This document shows, piece after piece, positions 17,487-25,148 of a stretch of 48,340 nucleotides of DNA (the stretch's first letter is position 1; each line of letters opens with the position of its first letter). This stretch comes from an uncultured Halobacteriales archaeon (GTDB lineage Archaea; Halobacteriota; Halobacteria; Halobacteriales; SW-7-71-33): the NCBI GenBank assembly GCA_964593395.1, contig CAZQHW010000002.1, positions 1 through 48,340 on the forward strand, read 5' to 3'. Position numbers and translations under genes: made by a program. A model generated the notes under the pieces. The model did not search any database. It was not told the DNA's origin and worked only from the letters and a program-made list of their open reading frames with translations.

Positions 17487-18143
17487 TCACGTCTCGCCGA
17501 CGCGGATCACCTGCAACAGCGACCGGACAGGGACCCCCTCGACGGTGTCGACGCCCTGTTTGTCGGCGAGTACGCCGCAGGCGACCACGTCGCCGCCGCG
17601 TGCCTGTACCGCCTGCACCGTCTCGGCCATCGTCGTCCCGCTGGTGATGATGTCGTCGACCACGTAACAGGACCGTCCTTCGACACCGGCGAAGTTCCGC
17701 GAGAAGGTGCCCCCCTCCTCCAGGTCGCCCTCCTCCCACTGGTGCTTGCTGGGGGCGTACGTCGCCAGGTCGGTCTCCAGTTCCCGGGCGACGGTCGTCG
17801 CCAGCGGCACGCCCGCCTTCTCGACGCCGACGGTGACGGCCACGTCCTCGTCCGCGGCCAGGGTGTCTGCGAGTGCCGTCCCGACCGCCGACAGGCGGGC
17901 ACTGTCCTCGCCCACCGTCGACCAGTCGACGTGGATGTCGTCCGCGCCTTCCTCACTCCCGCCCGCGGTGGTTCCGGTGACGGCGCCCGTGCCCGGCCCC
18001 GCGGCGTCGGTCGCGTCCCCCCGCTCGACGAGCCACGACGCCGTCTCACGCGAGACGTTCAACTCGTCGGCGATCTCCCCCCGGGAGAGCCCCTGTTCGG
18101 TCAACTCGCGGGCGCTCTCGGTGAGGTCTTCGACGTCTTTCAT
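17487..18143 (-). CDS. orotate phosphoribosyltransferase-like protein with N-terminal HTH (GfcR/PyrE-like transcription regulator family)
   Basis: Only the 3' part of the 668-aa track ORF is credible. The HTH is MKDVEDLTESARELTEQGLSRGEIADELNVSRETASWLVERG. The PRT motif is CYVVDDIITSGTTMAETV. An alternative start lies 27 nt upstream (MRPGAKPPG). Confidence 0.8.
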   Translation of the reverse strand: MKDVEDLTESARELTEQGLSRGEIADELNVSRETASWLVERGDATDAAGPGTGAVTGTTAGGSEEGADDIHVDWSTVGEDSARLSAVGTALADTLAADEDVAVTVGVEKAGVPLATTVARELETDLATYAPSKHQWEEGDLEEGGTFSRNFAGVEGRSCYVVDDIITSGTTMAETVQAVQARGGDVVACGVLADKQGVDTVEGVPVRSLLQVIRVGET

Positions 18144-18225
18144 ACCCGGCGGTTTGGCCCCCGGTCGCATAGTCGTGTCGTCGCACTCCGCGGGGTTTTT
18201 GATCGTCGCTCTCAAACAAGAGATA

Positions 18226-18417
18226 ATGGACCGCAGCGACGCCCTGTACGCGACGACGATCGCGGGTATCGTCCTGGGACTCGCGGTGCTGCTGTACGGC
18301 GAGTCCGCCTCCGTCCAGCCGCTGGTGTTCGGCGGCAGCGCGGTCGTCGTCCTGTCGGTCGGTCTCCTCACCGTGGTCATCGCCGGTCTCGACGAACCCG
18401 ACGACGCCGCCCACTGA
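18226..18417 (+). CDS. 63-aa two-TM membrane microprotein
   Basis: MDRSDALYATTIAGIVLGLAVLLYGESASVQPLVFGGSAVVVLSVGLLTVVIAGLDEPDDAAH is the in-frame 3' part of track ORF 17707..18417. It is divergent from the GfcR-like gene. Confidence 0.5.
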   Translation: MDRSDALYATTIAGIVLGLAVLLYGESASVQPLVFGGSAVVVLSVGLLTVVIAGLDEPDDAAH

Positions 18418-18479
18418 CGCCGCCTTGGCCGTGGCACCGAGACGGCGAGGTTTAACCCTCCGCCGGTCGACCCTCCGGT

Positions 18480-19748
18480 ATGTCCCCCCCAGAGACGGAC
18501 CCACTCCGACCCGACGGCGGCACGCCGCCGACCCACCGCGAGGGGCCGGACAGCGCCGCCGCCGCCGCGCTCGCGCTCGACGTGGACACCGCGGACGTGC
18601 CGGAGACCGACCCGGAGACCGTCGCCGCGGCCCTGCGGGGCGGCGACCCGGTGACCGTTCTCGACGTCCGCGGCGAGGACGAGGTCGCCGCCTGGCGGAT
18701 CGAGGGTGAGGGCGTCGACCGCACGACGGTCCCGGCGTCGGCGTTCGTCGACGCCCACCCCGACGCCGACCGCGTCCGCGAGTTGGTCGCCGAACTGGAC
18801 GGACGGCCCGTCGTCGTGGTCTGTCCCCGCGGGCGAGCGAGCCAGCGTGTCGCCGCCGTTCTCCGGGCGGCGGGCGTCGAGGCGACGAACCTCGAGGACG
18901 GGATGCGCGGCTGGGCCGCCGTGTCGGTCGCCACCGAGGTCGCCGCCGACCCGACGGTCGTCCAGTACGACCGCCCCTCCAGCGGGTGCCTGGGGTACGC
19001 CGTCTACGCCGACGGCGAGGCGGTCGTCGTCGATCCGCTGCGGACCCTCGTCGACCGATACCGGGAGGACGCCGCCGACCGCGGCGCCGAGATCGTCGCC
19101 GTCGTCGACACCCACGTCCACGCCGACCACGTCAGTGGCCTGCGCGAACTGGCCGACGCCGCCGACGCCCGGGCCGTCGTTCCAGCGGGTGCAGTCGACC
19201 GCGGTCTCGCCGACCCCGACCGGTTCGAGACGGTCCGTGACGGCGACCGGGTCGCGGTCGGTTCGACGGCGCTCGAGGCGCTCGCACTGCCCGGTCACAC
19301 CACCGAGATGACCGGCCTTCGCGTCGGGAGCGTGTTGCTCGCGGGCGACAGCCTCTTTCTCGACAGCGTCGCCCGCCCAGACCTCGAGGCCGGCGACGAG
19401 GGCGCACCCGACCTCGCCCGCCAGTTGCACGAGACGCTGACTGGGGCGGTCGCGGCCCTGCCCGAGGACACGCTGCTCGCGCCCGGCCACCACGGTCCCG
19501 GCGCGGCGGTGACCGCCGAGGGTGGCTACGTCGCCCCGCTCGGCGCAGTTCGGGACCGACTGGCCGTGTTCGACCGCGACGAGGACGCCTTTGTCGAGCG
19601 CCTCCTCGGCGATATGCCCCCGCGGCCGGCGAACTACCGCGAGGTGATCGACGTGAACCTCGGCCGGGCCAACGTCGACGCCGACCGCGCGTTCACGATC
19701 GAGTTAGGGCCGAACAACTGCGCGGCGACCCCCGGGGCGAACGAATGA
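18480..19748 (+). CDS. rhodanese domain fused to metallo-beta-lactamase-fold hydrolase/dioxygenase (persulfide dioxygenase-like)
   Basis: The rhodanese active-site loop is VVVVCPRGRASQ. The MBL motif is VVDTHVHADHVSG, and LPGHT appears later in the protein. Confidence 0.8.
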   Translation: MSPPETDPLRPDGGTPPTHREGPDSAAAAALALDVDTADVPETDPETVAAALRGGDPVTVLDVRGEDEVAAWRIEGEGVDRTTVPASAFVDAHPDADRVRELVAELDGRPVVVVCPRGRASQRVAAVLRAAGVEATNLEDGMRGWAAVSVATEVAADPTVVQYDRPSSGCLGYAVYADGEAVVVDPLRTLVDRYREDAADRGAEIVAVVDTHVHADHVSGLRELADAADARAVVPAGAVDRGLADPDRFETVRDGDRVAVGSTALEALALPGHTTEMTGLRVGSVLLAGDSLFLDSVARPDLEAGDEGAPDLARQLHETLTGAVAALPEDTLLAPGHHGPGAAVTAEGGYVAPLGAVRDRLAVFDRDEDAFVERLLGDMPPRPANYREVIDVNLGRANVDADRAFTIELGPNNCAATPGANE

Positions 19749-20635
19749 CCGACGAGGCCGGGAGTGGCGACGGCACGGACCGCCCGACACCGGCCGACGC
19801 GGACACAGGCCCCGAGAGCCGGTACGACGGCGAGGGAGCGGCGGTCGAGGCGGTCGACAGTCCCGTCACGGTCGACCGCCTGCTCGGTGACCTGCGCTCG
19901 CTGGGGGTCGGTCCGGGCGACGACGTTCTGGCGCACTGCTCGATGAGCGCGCTCGGATGGGTGCCTGGCGGGGCGCCCGCCGTCGTCGACGCACTGATGG
20001 GCACCGTCACCGACAGCGGAACGCTGGCGATGCCGACTCACTCGACGCAGTACGGCGACCCGGCGGAGTGGGAGAACCCGCCCGTTCCCGACGACTGGGT
20101 GGAGACGATCCGCGAGACGATGCCCGCCTACCGCCCGGCGGTGACACCCACCCGCGGGATGGGTGCCGTCGCGGAGTGTTTCCGCTCGTACCCCGGCGTC
20201 GCCCGTAGCACCCACCCGACGGTGTCGTTCGCCGCCTGGGGCGCCCGCGCGGACTACGTCGTCGAGGGCCACGAACTCACGGACTCGATGGGCGAGGGGT
20301 CGCCACTGGCCCGCGTCTACGACCTCGGCGGAAGCGTGCTCCTCCTGGGTGTCGACCACGACCGAAACACCTCACTACACCTCGCCGAGTACCGCGCCGG
20401 CGTCCGCGAGCGTCACGAGACCGGTGCCCCCGTTCTCGAGGAGGGCGAGCGCCGCTGGCGCACCTTCGAGGACATCGCCCACGACGACTCCGTCTTTCCC
20501 GAGGTCGGCGCGGCCTTCGAGCGCGAACACCCCGACGCCGTCGAACGCGGCACGGTCGGCGCCAGCGAGGCGCTGTTGATCGACCAGGTCGACCTCGTCG
20601 ACTTCGCCGTCGACTGGCTCCGCGAGAACGAGTAA
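19745..20635 (+). CDS. AAC(3)-family N-acetyltransferase-like protein
   Basis: The ATG overlaps the upstream stop codon (ATGA). Family-typical blocks are HCSMSALGWVPGGAPAVVDAL, GTLAMPTHS, GMGAVAECFR, HPTVSFAAWG and LLLGVDHDRNTSLHLAEYR. Confidence 0.75.
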   Translation: MTDEAGSGDGTDRPTPADADTGPESRYDGEGAAVEAVDSPVTVDRLLGDLRSLGVGPGDDVLAHCSMSALGWVPGGAPAVVDALMGTVTDSGTLAMPTHSTQYGDPAEWENPPVPDDWVETIRETMPAYRPAVTPTRGMGAVAECFRSYPGVARSTHPTVSFAAWGARADYVVEGHELTDSMGEGSPLARVYDLGGSVLLLGVDHDRNTSLHLAEYRAGVRERHETGAPVLEEGERRWRTFEDIAHDDSVFPEVGAAFEREHPDAVERGTVGASEALLIDQVDLVDFAVDWLRENE

Positions 20636-20656
20636 CGGGCGACGAGCAGTCTCGTG

Positions 20657-20995
20657 TCAGTCGTCGGCGGCGGCGTCGGCGCCCGCCCCGGTGTCGGTCT
20701 CGGCTTCGTCGTCGATGCTCGGCGGGTACTTTCCGCGGTCGAGCACCAGGTCCGACTGCGGGCGGGCCATGCAGGTCAGTGCGTACTCCTCGCGCTCCTC
20801 CTCGGTGAGTCCACGTGACGCCGGTTGTGTCACCTCGCCCTCGACGATCTCGGCGGTGCACGCAAGACACATGCCCACGCGACAGGAGTACTCCTGTGCG
20901 ATTCCCTCGTCGATGCAGCGCCGCAGGATCGTCTCCCGCTCGGAGACCTCGATCTCCTCCCCCGTCCCGACGAACTCGACGGTGTGCTCGCTCAT
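20657..20995 (-). CDS. plant-type [2Fe-2S] ferredoxin with acidic tail
   Basis: Lies within ORF 20657..21484, with the start taken at MSEHTVEFVGTGEEIEV. The Cys ligand pattern is SCRVGMCLACTAEI ... LTCMA. A ttttaat box lies ~25 nt upstream on the - strand. Confidence 0.85.
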   Translation of the reverse strand: MSEHTVEFVGTGEEIEVSERETILRRCIDEGIAQEYSCRVGMCLACTAEIVEGEVTQPASRGLTEEEREEYALTCMARPQSDLVLDRGKYPPSIDDEAETDTGAGADAAADD

Positions 20996-21095
20996 ACCCG
21001 ACAGTCGACCGACCCGATTAAAACGCTTTCCGAGTCGACGGCCGACCGCCAGCGTTCGCCGTGACCGGCGCCTGCCCGCCAGAGGCGGCGGAAAA

Positions 21096-21103
21096 GTATA
21101 TAT
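21096..21103 (+). promoter_or_regulatory. TATA-like box for the small gene at 21131
   Basis: gtatatat, centred ~31 nt upstream of the GTG at 21131. Confidence 0.45.
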
Positions 21104-21130
21104 CGTGCCATTTTGTAGCACGCACCAGAG

Positions 21131-21316
21131 GTGACACGTCGCATGTCCGATCGCGTGGACGATCCGATGGACAGCGCGGACCTGACGCGTCCGAACGACC
21201 CGGTCGAGTCGGTCGAGGCCTACCGAGAGGACGACGTGGTGGTGCTGTACGACGCACAGAACCCCCTCGCGTGGGTCGAGGCCAGCGAGTCGGTCACGCT
21301 CGCCGACCGGACGTAG
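21131..21316 (+). CDS. 61-aa acidic hypothetical microprotein
   Basis: MTRRMSDRVDDPMDSADLTRPNDPVESVEAYREDDVVVLYDAQNPLAWVEASESVTLADRT. The TATA spacing favours the GTG at 21131. An alternative ATG lies at 21143. Confidence 0.55.
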   Translation: MTRRMSDRVDDPMDSADLTRPNDPVESVEAYREDDVVVLYDAQNPLAWVEASESVTLADRT

Positions 21317-21356
21317 ATACAGCAGCCTTTTCATTCCGCTCGCCCGTTGACCGCCC

Positions 21357-21752
21357 GTGAGCGACGAGGACGACCGGGACCCCGTCGACAACGAGGAGGC
21401 GGCGCTACACCCCGAGGCGACCGTCGAGGCGCCCGACCCTACCCGCGACCTGCCGTCGCCCACCGTCGAGGTGCCCGACCCCACGGCGGAACTGGACGAC
21501 GACGAGAACGAGACGGAGACGCCGACCGTCGACGTCCCTCAGGACCTGTGGGTCTCATTCTGGTATCTGGTGGTCGTGTTCAACGCCGCCGTTCTCGCGC
21601 TCGGGGTGGGTCTGTTGCTCGCCACGCTGGGGAACGACCCCGACACCGGTGGGCGACTGCTGTTGGCCGGCGGCGCCCTCTCTGCGTACGGCTACTACCG
21701 CTACCGCACCAACCCCTACAGCGACGGCGTCGACGCCGAGTCCGGCGCCTGA
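21357..21752 (+). CDS. membrane protein: acidic N-terminus with a triple PTV(E/D)VP repeat plus two TM helices
   Basis: GTG start and good codon bias. The TM segments are LWVSFWYLVVVFNAAVLALGVGLLLATL and LLLAGGALSAYGYY. Confidence 0.7.
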   Translation: MSDEDDRDPVDNEEAALHPEATVEAPDPTRDLPSPTVEVPDPTAELDDDENETETPTVDVPQDLWVSFWYLVVVFNAAVLALGVGLLLATLGNDPDTGGRLLLAGGALSAYGYYRYRTNPYSDGVDAESGA

Positions 21753-21829
21753 CCGACGCCTCCTGCTCCCGCTCTCGGCCGCGCCCGGGAGACGGCACCC
21801 TCTTGTTCCACCGACACGAAGGTCAGACG

Positions 21830-22351
21830 ATGCGAACCGTCCGGGTCCACGACGCCGGAGTCGAGGACGCTGCCCCCGGCGACCGCTTTCTCCTGCTCAA
21901 GGAGAGCGACGACGCCTGTCTCGTCCGCGACCCGGCGACCGGCGAGCGGCGCTACCTCCCCGCCGATGGTCTGGAGCGCGTCGACGGCCCCCCGGTCGCC
22001 GTTGAGGACGCCCCCGAGGCACTCCGCGCGCTCGCCGCCCGGGACGGCCGACTCGGACTGCTCGTCGACCTCGTCGGCCGGTGGTCGGCCGACGCTTGCG
22101 GTGACGCCGCCGACGGTACCACGGGCCTCACTGACGACGCGGACCCGGACACCGCCCGCGCGACTCCGGTCAGGACTCTCCTCGCCGAGACCACCCTCTG
22201 CGAGAGCGACCTCCACGGCGCGCTCGCCGACCTCGAGGCGGCGGGACTGATCGACCGTGTCGAGCGCGAGAACCCACTCCTCGGGCGACAGGGTCGGGCC
22301 TACCGCCCCACGGAGCGGGCACGCGAGGCGGTCGAGCGACTGCGCTCCTGA
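21830..22351 (+). CDS. hypothetical protein with probable C-terminal winged-helix
   Basis: This is the 3' part of track ORF 21347..22351. The upstream part is Arg-rich shadow overlapping the previous gene. The start is MRTVRVHDAGVED. The C-terminus TLCESDLHGALADLEAAGLIDRVE...GRAYRPTE is wHTH-like. Confidence 0.6.
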   Translation: MRTVRVHDAGVEDAAPGDRFLLLKESDDACLVRDPATGERRYLPADGLERVDGPPVAVEDAPEALRALAARDGRLGLLVDLVGRWSADACGDAADGTTGLTDDADPDTARATPVRTLLAETTLCESDLHGALADLEAAGLIDRVERENPLLGRQGRAYRPTERAREAVERLRS

Positions 22352-22367
22352 GCGGACCCCTCCTGAC

Positions 22368-25148
22368 TCACTCGGCGGGCGGTGCGCCGACGACGCCCTC
22401 GGCGCGCTCGACGCTCGAGCGGTTCGTCGTCGGGTCCTTTCTGACGCGGATCACGCCGTCGGCGGCCCCGAGCAGTTCCTCGTCGTGGGTGACGACGACG
22501 ATCTGCTCGACGCCCAACTCGCGCATCTCCTCGACGAGGTCGATCAGCCGGGAGACGTGCTCGGAGTCGAGAAACACCGTTGGCTCGTCCAGGATGAGCG
22601 GCGGTAGCGGCGCGGTCCCCTCGACGCCCTCGGCGAGCAGCCGGTAGATCGCCGTCCGCAGGCTCAGGTTGAACAGCGCCCGCTCGCCGCCGGACAACTG
22701 TTCGGGGTCGAGCGTCTCGCCGTCCTTCTGGGTGACGGTGAGCGAGTAGTCGTCGCCCAACTCGATGCCCGCGTAGGAGTCACCGCCGTACACCAGGTCG
22801 AAGGTGTCGTTGAGCATCCGCTCGAGCACCTCGACGTTGCGCTGGCGCAGGTCCGCCCGCAGGTCGCCGTACGTCGCCTCCAGTTTCTCCGTCTCCTCGT
22901 GCAGCGACTCAAGCGCCGACAGTTCCCGCTGGACCGTCTCGCGCTGCTCGTGTAACTCCTCGAGTTGCCGGAGTTCGGCGTTCACGCCGCCGATGCGCTC
23001 TTTCAGGTCGTCGCGCTGCTCGCGGAGGTCGTCGAGCTTCGTCTCCACGTTCTCGAGGTACTCCGCCGCACGCTGCAGTTCGTCGCGGGCCTCCTCGACG
23101 CTCGTGCCCGCGAGGTCCTCCTCGATGTCGTCGCGGCGCTCGCGGAGGTCGGCCAACCGCTGGCGGCGCTCGTCGTTCAACTCGGCCAGTCGCTCGCGCT
23201 CCTCCGACAGCGACGCCACCCGGTCCTCGGCGTCGGCGACCGCCTCGTCCAACTCGACCACCCGCTCCAGGCGCTCGAGCGCCGTCTCGACCCGTGACAG
23301 CGCCGTCGACAGCGCCTCGGCGCGCTCCTCGACGGCGGTCAGTCGCCCGTCGACCTCGCTCGCGGCCTCGCGCTCGTCCTCGGCCTCGGCCGCGAGGTCC
23401 GCGGCCGTCTCGCGCAGTTTCTCGACGCGGGTCTGGTCGTCCTCGATCGACTCGCGCTTGTCCGCGATGAGTCGCTCGACGTCGCCGCGGGTCTCCCGCA
23501 GGCGGTCGAGTTCGCGGGCGGCGTCGGTGAGGTCCGCCGCGGTCTCGACGCGGTCGTCGAGCGCCGCGAGGTCGGCCTCCCGCTCGTCTATTGCGGCCTC
23601 GATCTCCTCGCGTTCCGCGCGGTCGTCGTCCAGGCGGTCGACGTGTGGAGAGTCCTCGACGGACTGGCCGCACTCGGGGCACTTGCCGGCCGCGAGCAGG
23701 GCCTCGGCCTCCTCGATCCGGTCGGCGACAGTTTGGCGGTCGGCACGCAGGTCCGCCAGGGCCTCGCTCGTCTGCTCGCGCTCCTCGCGCACCGTCTCCA
23801 GGTGGTCGTCGGCCTCGTCGGGCGTGGTCGGGGCGTCCGCGAACCGGTCCTCCAGAGCGGTGATCTCCTCGTCCACGTCCGCCAGCCGCTGCTCGCGCTC
23901 GTCGAGGGTCTCGCGCTCGTCGGCTATGTCGTCGGCCAGGTCGTCGGCGGTCTCGCGCTTCTCGCTCGCCTCGCTCTCGAGTTCGTCGGCGCGCTCCCGG
24001 TGGCGGTCGCGCTCGCCGGTCAACTCCTCCCGGCGCACGGCGACCTCGGCCTGCCGGTCGTCGAGGGCGTCCGCGACCCGGTTCAGTGTCGCCACGCTGT
24101 CCCCGACCGCCCCCGGGTCTGCGTCGGCGTCGAGCGCGAGCGCCGACGCGTCGACGTCGGGCACGTCGACACTCTCGCCGTCGTTCTCGGTCGCCACGGG
24201 CGCGAGCAGGTTCTCGTCCGGGACGGCGGCGCCGGGGTCGAAGTCGGCCAGCAGTCGCTCGCGCTCCTCCCGGTGTTCGTCGCGGGCCTCTCGGGCGTCG
24301 GCGAGGTCGTCCGCGAGCTCTCCTCGTTCGCGCTCGGTCTCGGTGACGGTGTCGCGCAACTCGTCGATCTGTTCTTCGAGGGCCGCGAGGTCCTCGCGGG
24401 CGGCCTCGTGGCGCTCGAGCACCTCCCGGGCCTGGTCGCGGGCCTCGCGGGCGTCCTCGCGGTTCCCCTCGAAGCGCTCGATCTCGGCCTCCACCTCGGT
24501 GCGCTCGTCCTCCAGGTCGTCCAGGCGGGCGTGGAGGTCTTTCGCCTCCTTCGTGGCGATCTGCTCGTCGAGGTTGTCGGCGACCTCGCGCTGGCCCTCG
24601 AGCAGGTCGTTCACCCCGAGGCGGGCCTCGCCGGCGCGCTCGCGGTAGGTCTCCAGTTTGCCCAACTGCAGGAGGTCGTCGATCATGTCCTGGCGCTCGC
24701 CCGGCGTGGCGTGGATGAGCTTGTTGACCTCGCCCTGGCGGACGTACGCGCAGTTGACGAAGGCCTCGGCGTCCATGCGCACCATCTCGACGACGCGTCC
24801 GCGGACGCTCGTCGCCCCCTCGACGGTGCCGGTCGGCGTCTCCATCACACACTCCGCCGTTCGAGCGCGCTCGCCCGTCGCCCGGATCCGCCGGCGGACG
24901 TGGTACGAGTCGGCCTCGTGGGCGAACCACAGTTCGATCTCGGACTCCTCGGCGCCCTGGGTCACGAGGTCGCCAAGCGTCACGTCTTCAAGCGCCTTCG
25001 AGCCGTACAGCGCAAAGAAACAGGCCTGCAACAGCGAGGACTTCCCGCTGCCGTTTGGCCCCAGGACGACGCTCACCCCACGGTCGAGCGTGAGGTCGGC
25101 GTCCTCGTACGGCTTGAAGTTCCGCAACCGCACGCGCTCGAACCTCAC
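22368..25148 (-). CDS. rad50: DNA double-strand break repair ATPase Rad50
   Basis: The GTG start overlaps the mre11 stop (GTGA). Walker A is GPNGSGKSS. Long coiled coils flank the zinc hook KCPECGQ. The signature is LSGGERALFNL and Walker B is LILDEPTVFLD. Confidence 0.95.
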   Translation of the reverse strand: MRFERVRLRNFKPYEDADLTLDRGVSVVLGPNGSGKSSLLQACFFALYGSKALEDVTLGDLVTQGAEESEIELWFAHEADSYHVRRRIRATGERARTAECVMETPTGTVEGATSVRGRVVEMVRMDAEAFVNCAYVRQGEVNKLIHATPGERQDMIDDLLQLGKLETYRERAGEARLGVNDLLEGQREVADNLDEQIATKEAKDLHARLDDLEDERTEVEAEIERFEGNREDAREARDQAREVLERHEAAREDLAALEEQIDELRDTVTETERERGELADDLADAREARDEHREERERLLADFDPGAAVPDENLLAPVATENDGESVDVPDVDASALALDADADPGAVGDSVATLNRVADALDDRQAEVAVRREELTGERDRHRERADELESEASEKRETADDLADDIADERETLDEREQRLADVDEEITALEDRFADAPTTPDEADDHLETVREEREQTSEALADLRADRQTVADRIEEAEALLAAGKCPECGQSVEDSPHVDRLDDDRAEREEIEAAIDEREADLAALDDRVETAADLTDAARELDRLRETRGDVERLIADKRESIEDDQTRVEKLRETAADLAAEAEDEREAASEVDGRLTAVEERAEALSTALSRVETALERLERVVELDEAVADAEDRVASLSEERERLAELNDERRQRLADLRERRDDIEEDLAGTSVEEARDELQRAAEYLENVETKLDDLREQRDDLKERIGGVNAELRQLEELHEQRETVQRELSALESLHEETEKLEATYGDLRADLRQRNVEVLERMLNDTFDLVYGGDSYAGIELGDDYSLTVTQKDGETLDPEQLSGGERALFNLSLRTAIYRLLAEGVEGTAPLPPLILDEPTVFLDSEHVSRLIDLVEEMRELGVEQIVVVTHDEELLGAADGVIRVRKDPTTNRSSVERAEGVVGAPPAE
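23670..23681 (-). other. Rad50 zinc-hook CPEC codons
   Basis: The reverse complement of gcactcggggca is tgc ccc gag tgc (C-P-E-C), at the centre of the coiled coil. Confidence 0.85.

Noticed and set aside
18144-19493. Upstream part of the 668-aa track ORF on the - strand
   Set aside because: It is antisense to the rhodanese-MBL gene and has a low-complexity Gly/Arg/Val composition. Only the last 218 codons (HTH plus PRT domain) look like a protein.
21347-21829. N-terminal extension of the 334-aa track ORF overlapping gene 21357..21752 in another frame (possible overprinted gene)
   Set aside because: The extension is an Arg-rich shadow (RRGRPGPRRQRGGG...). The overlapping frame has proper acidic/TM protein character, and the credible start for the downstream gene is ATG 21830.
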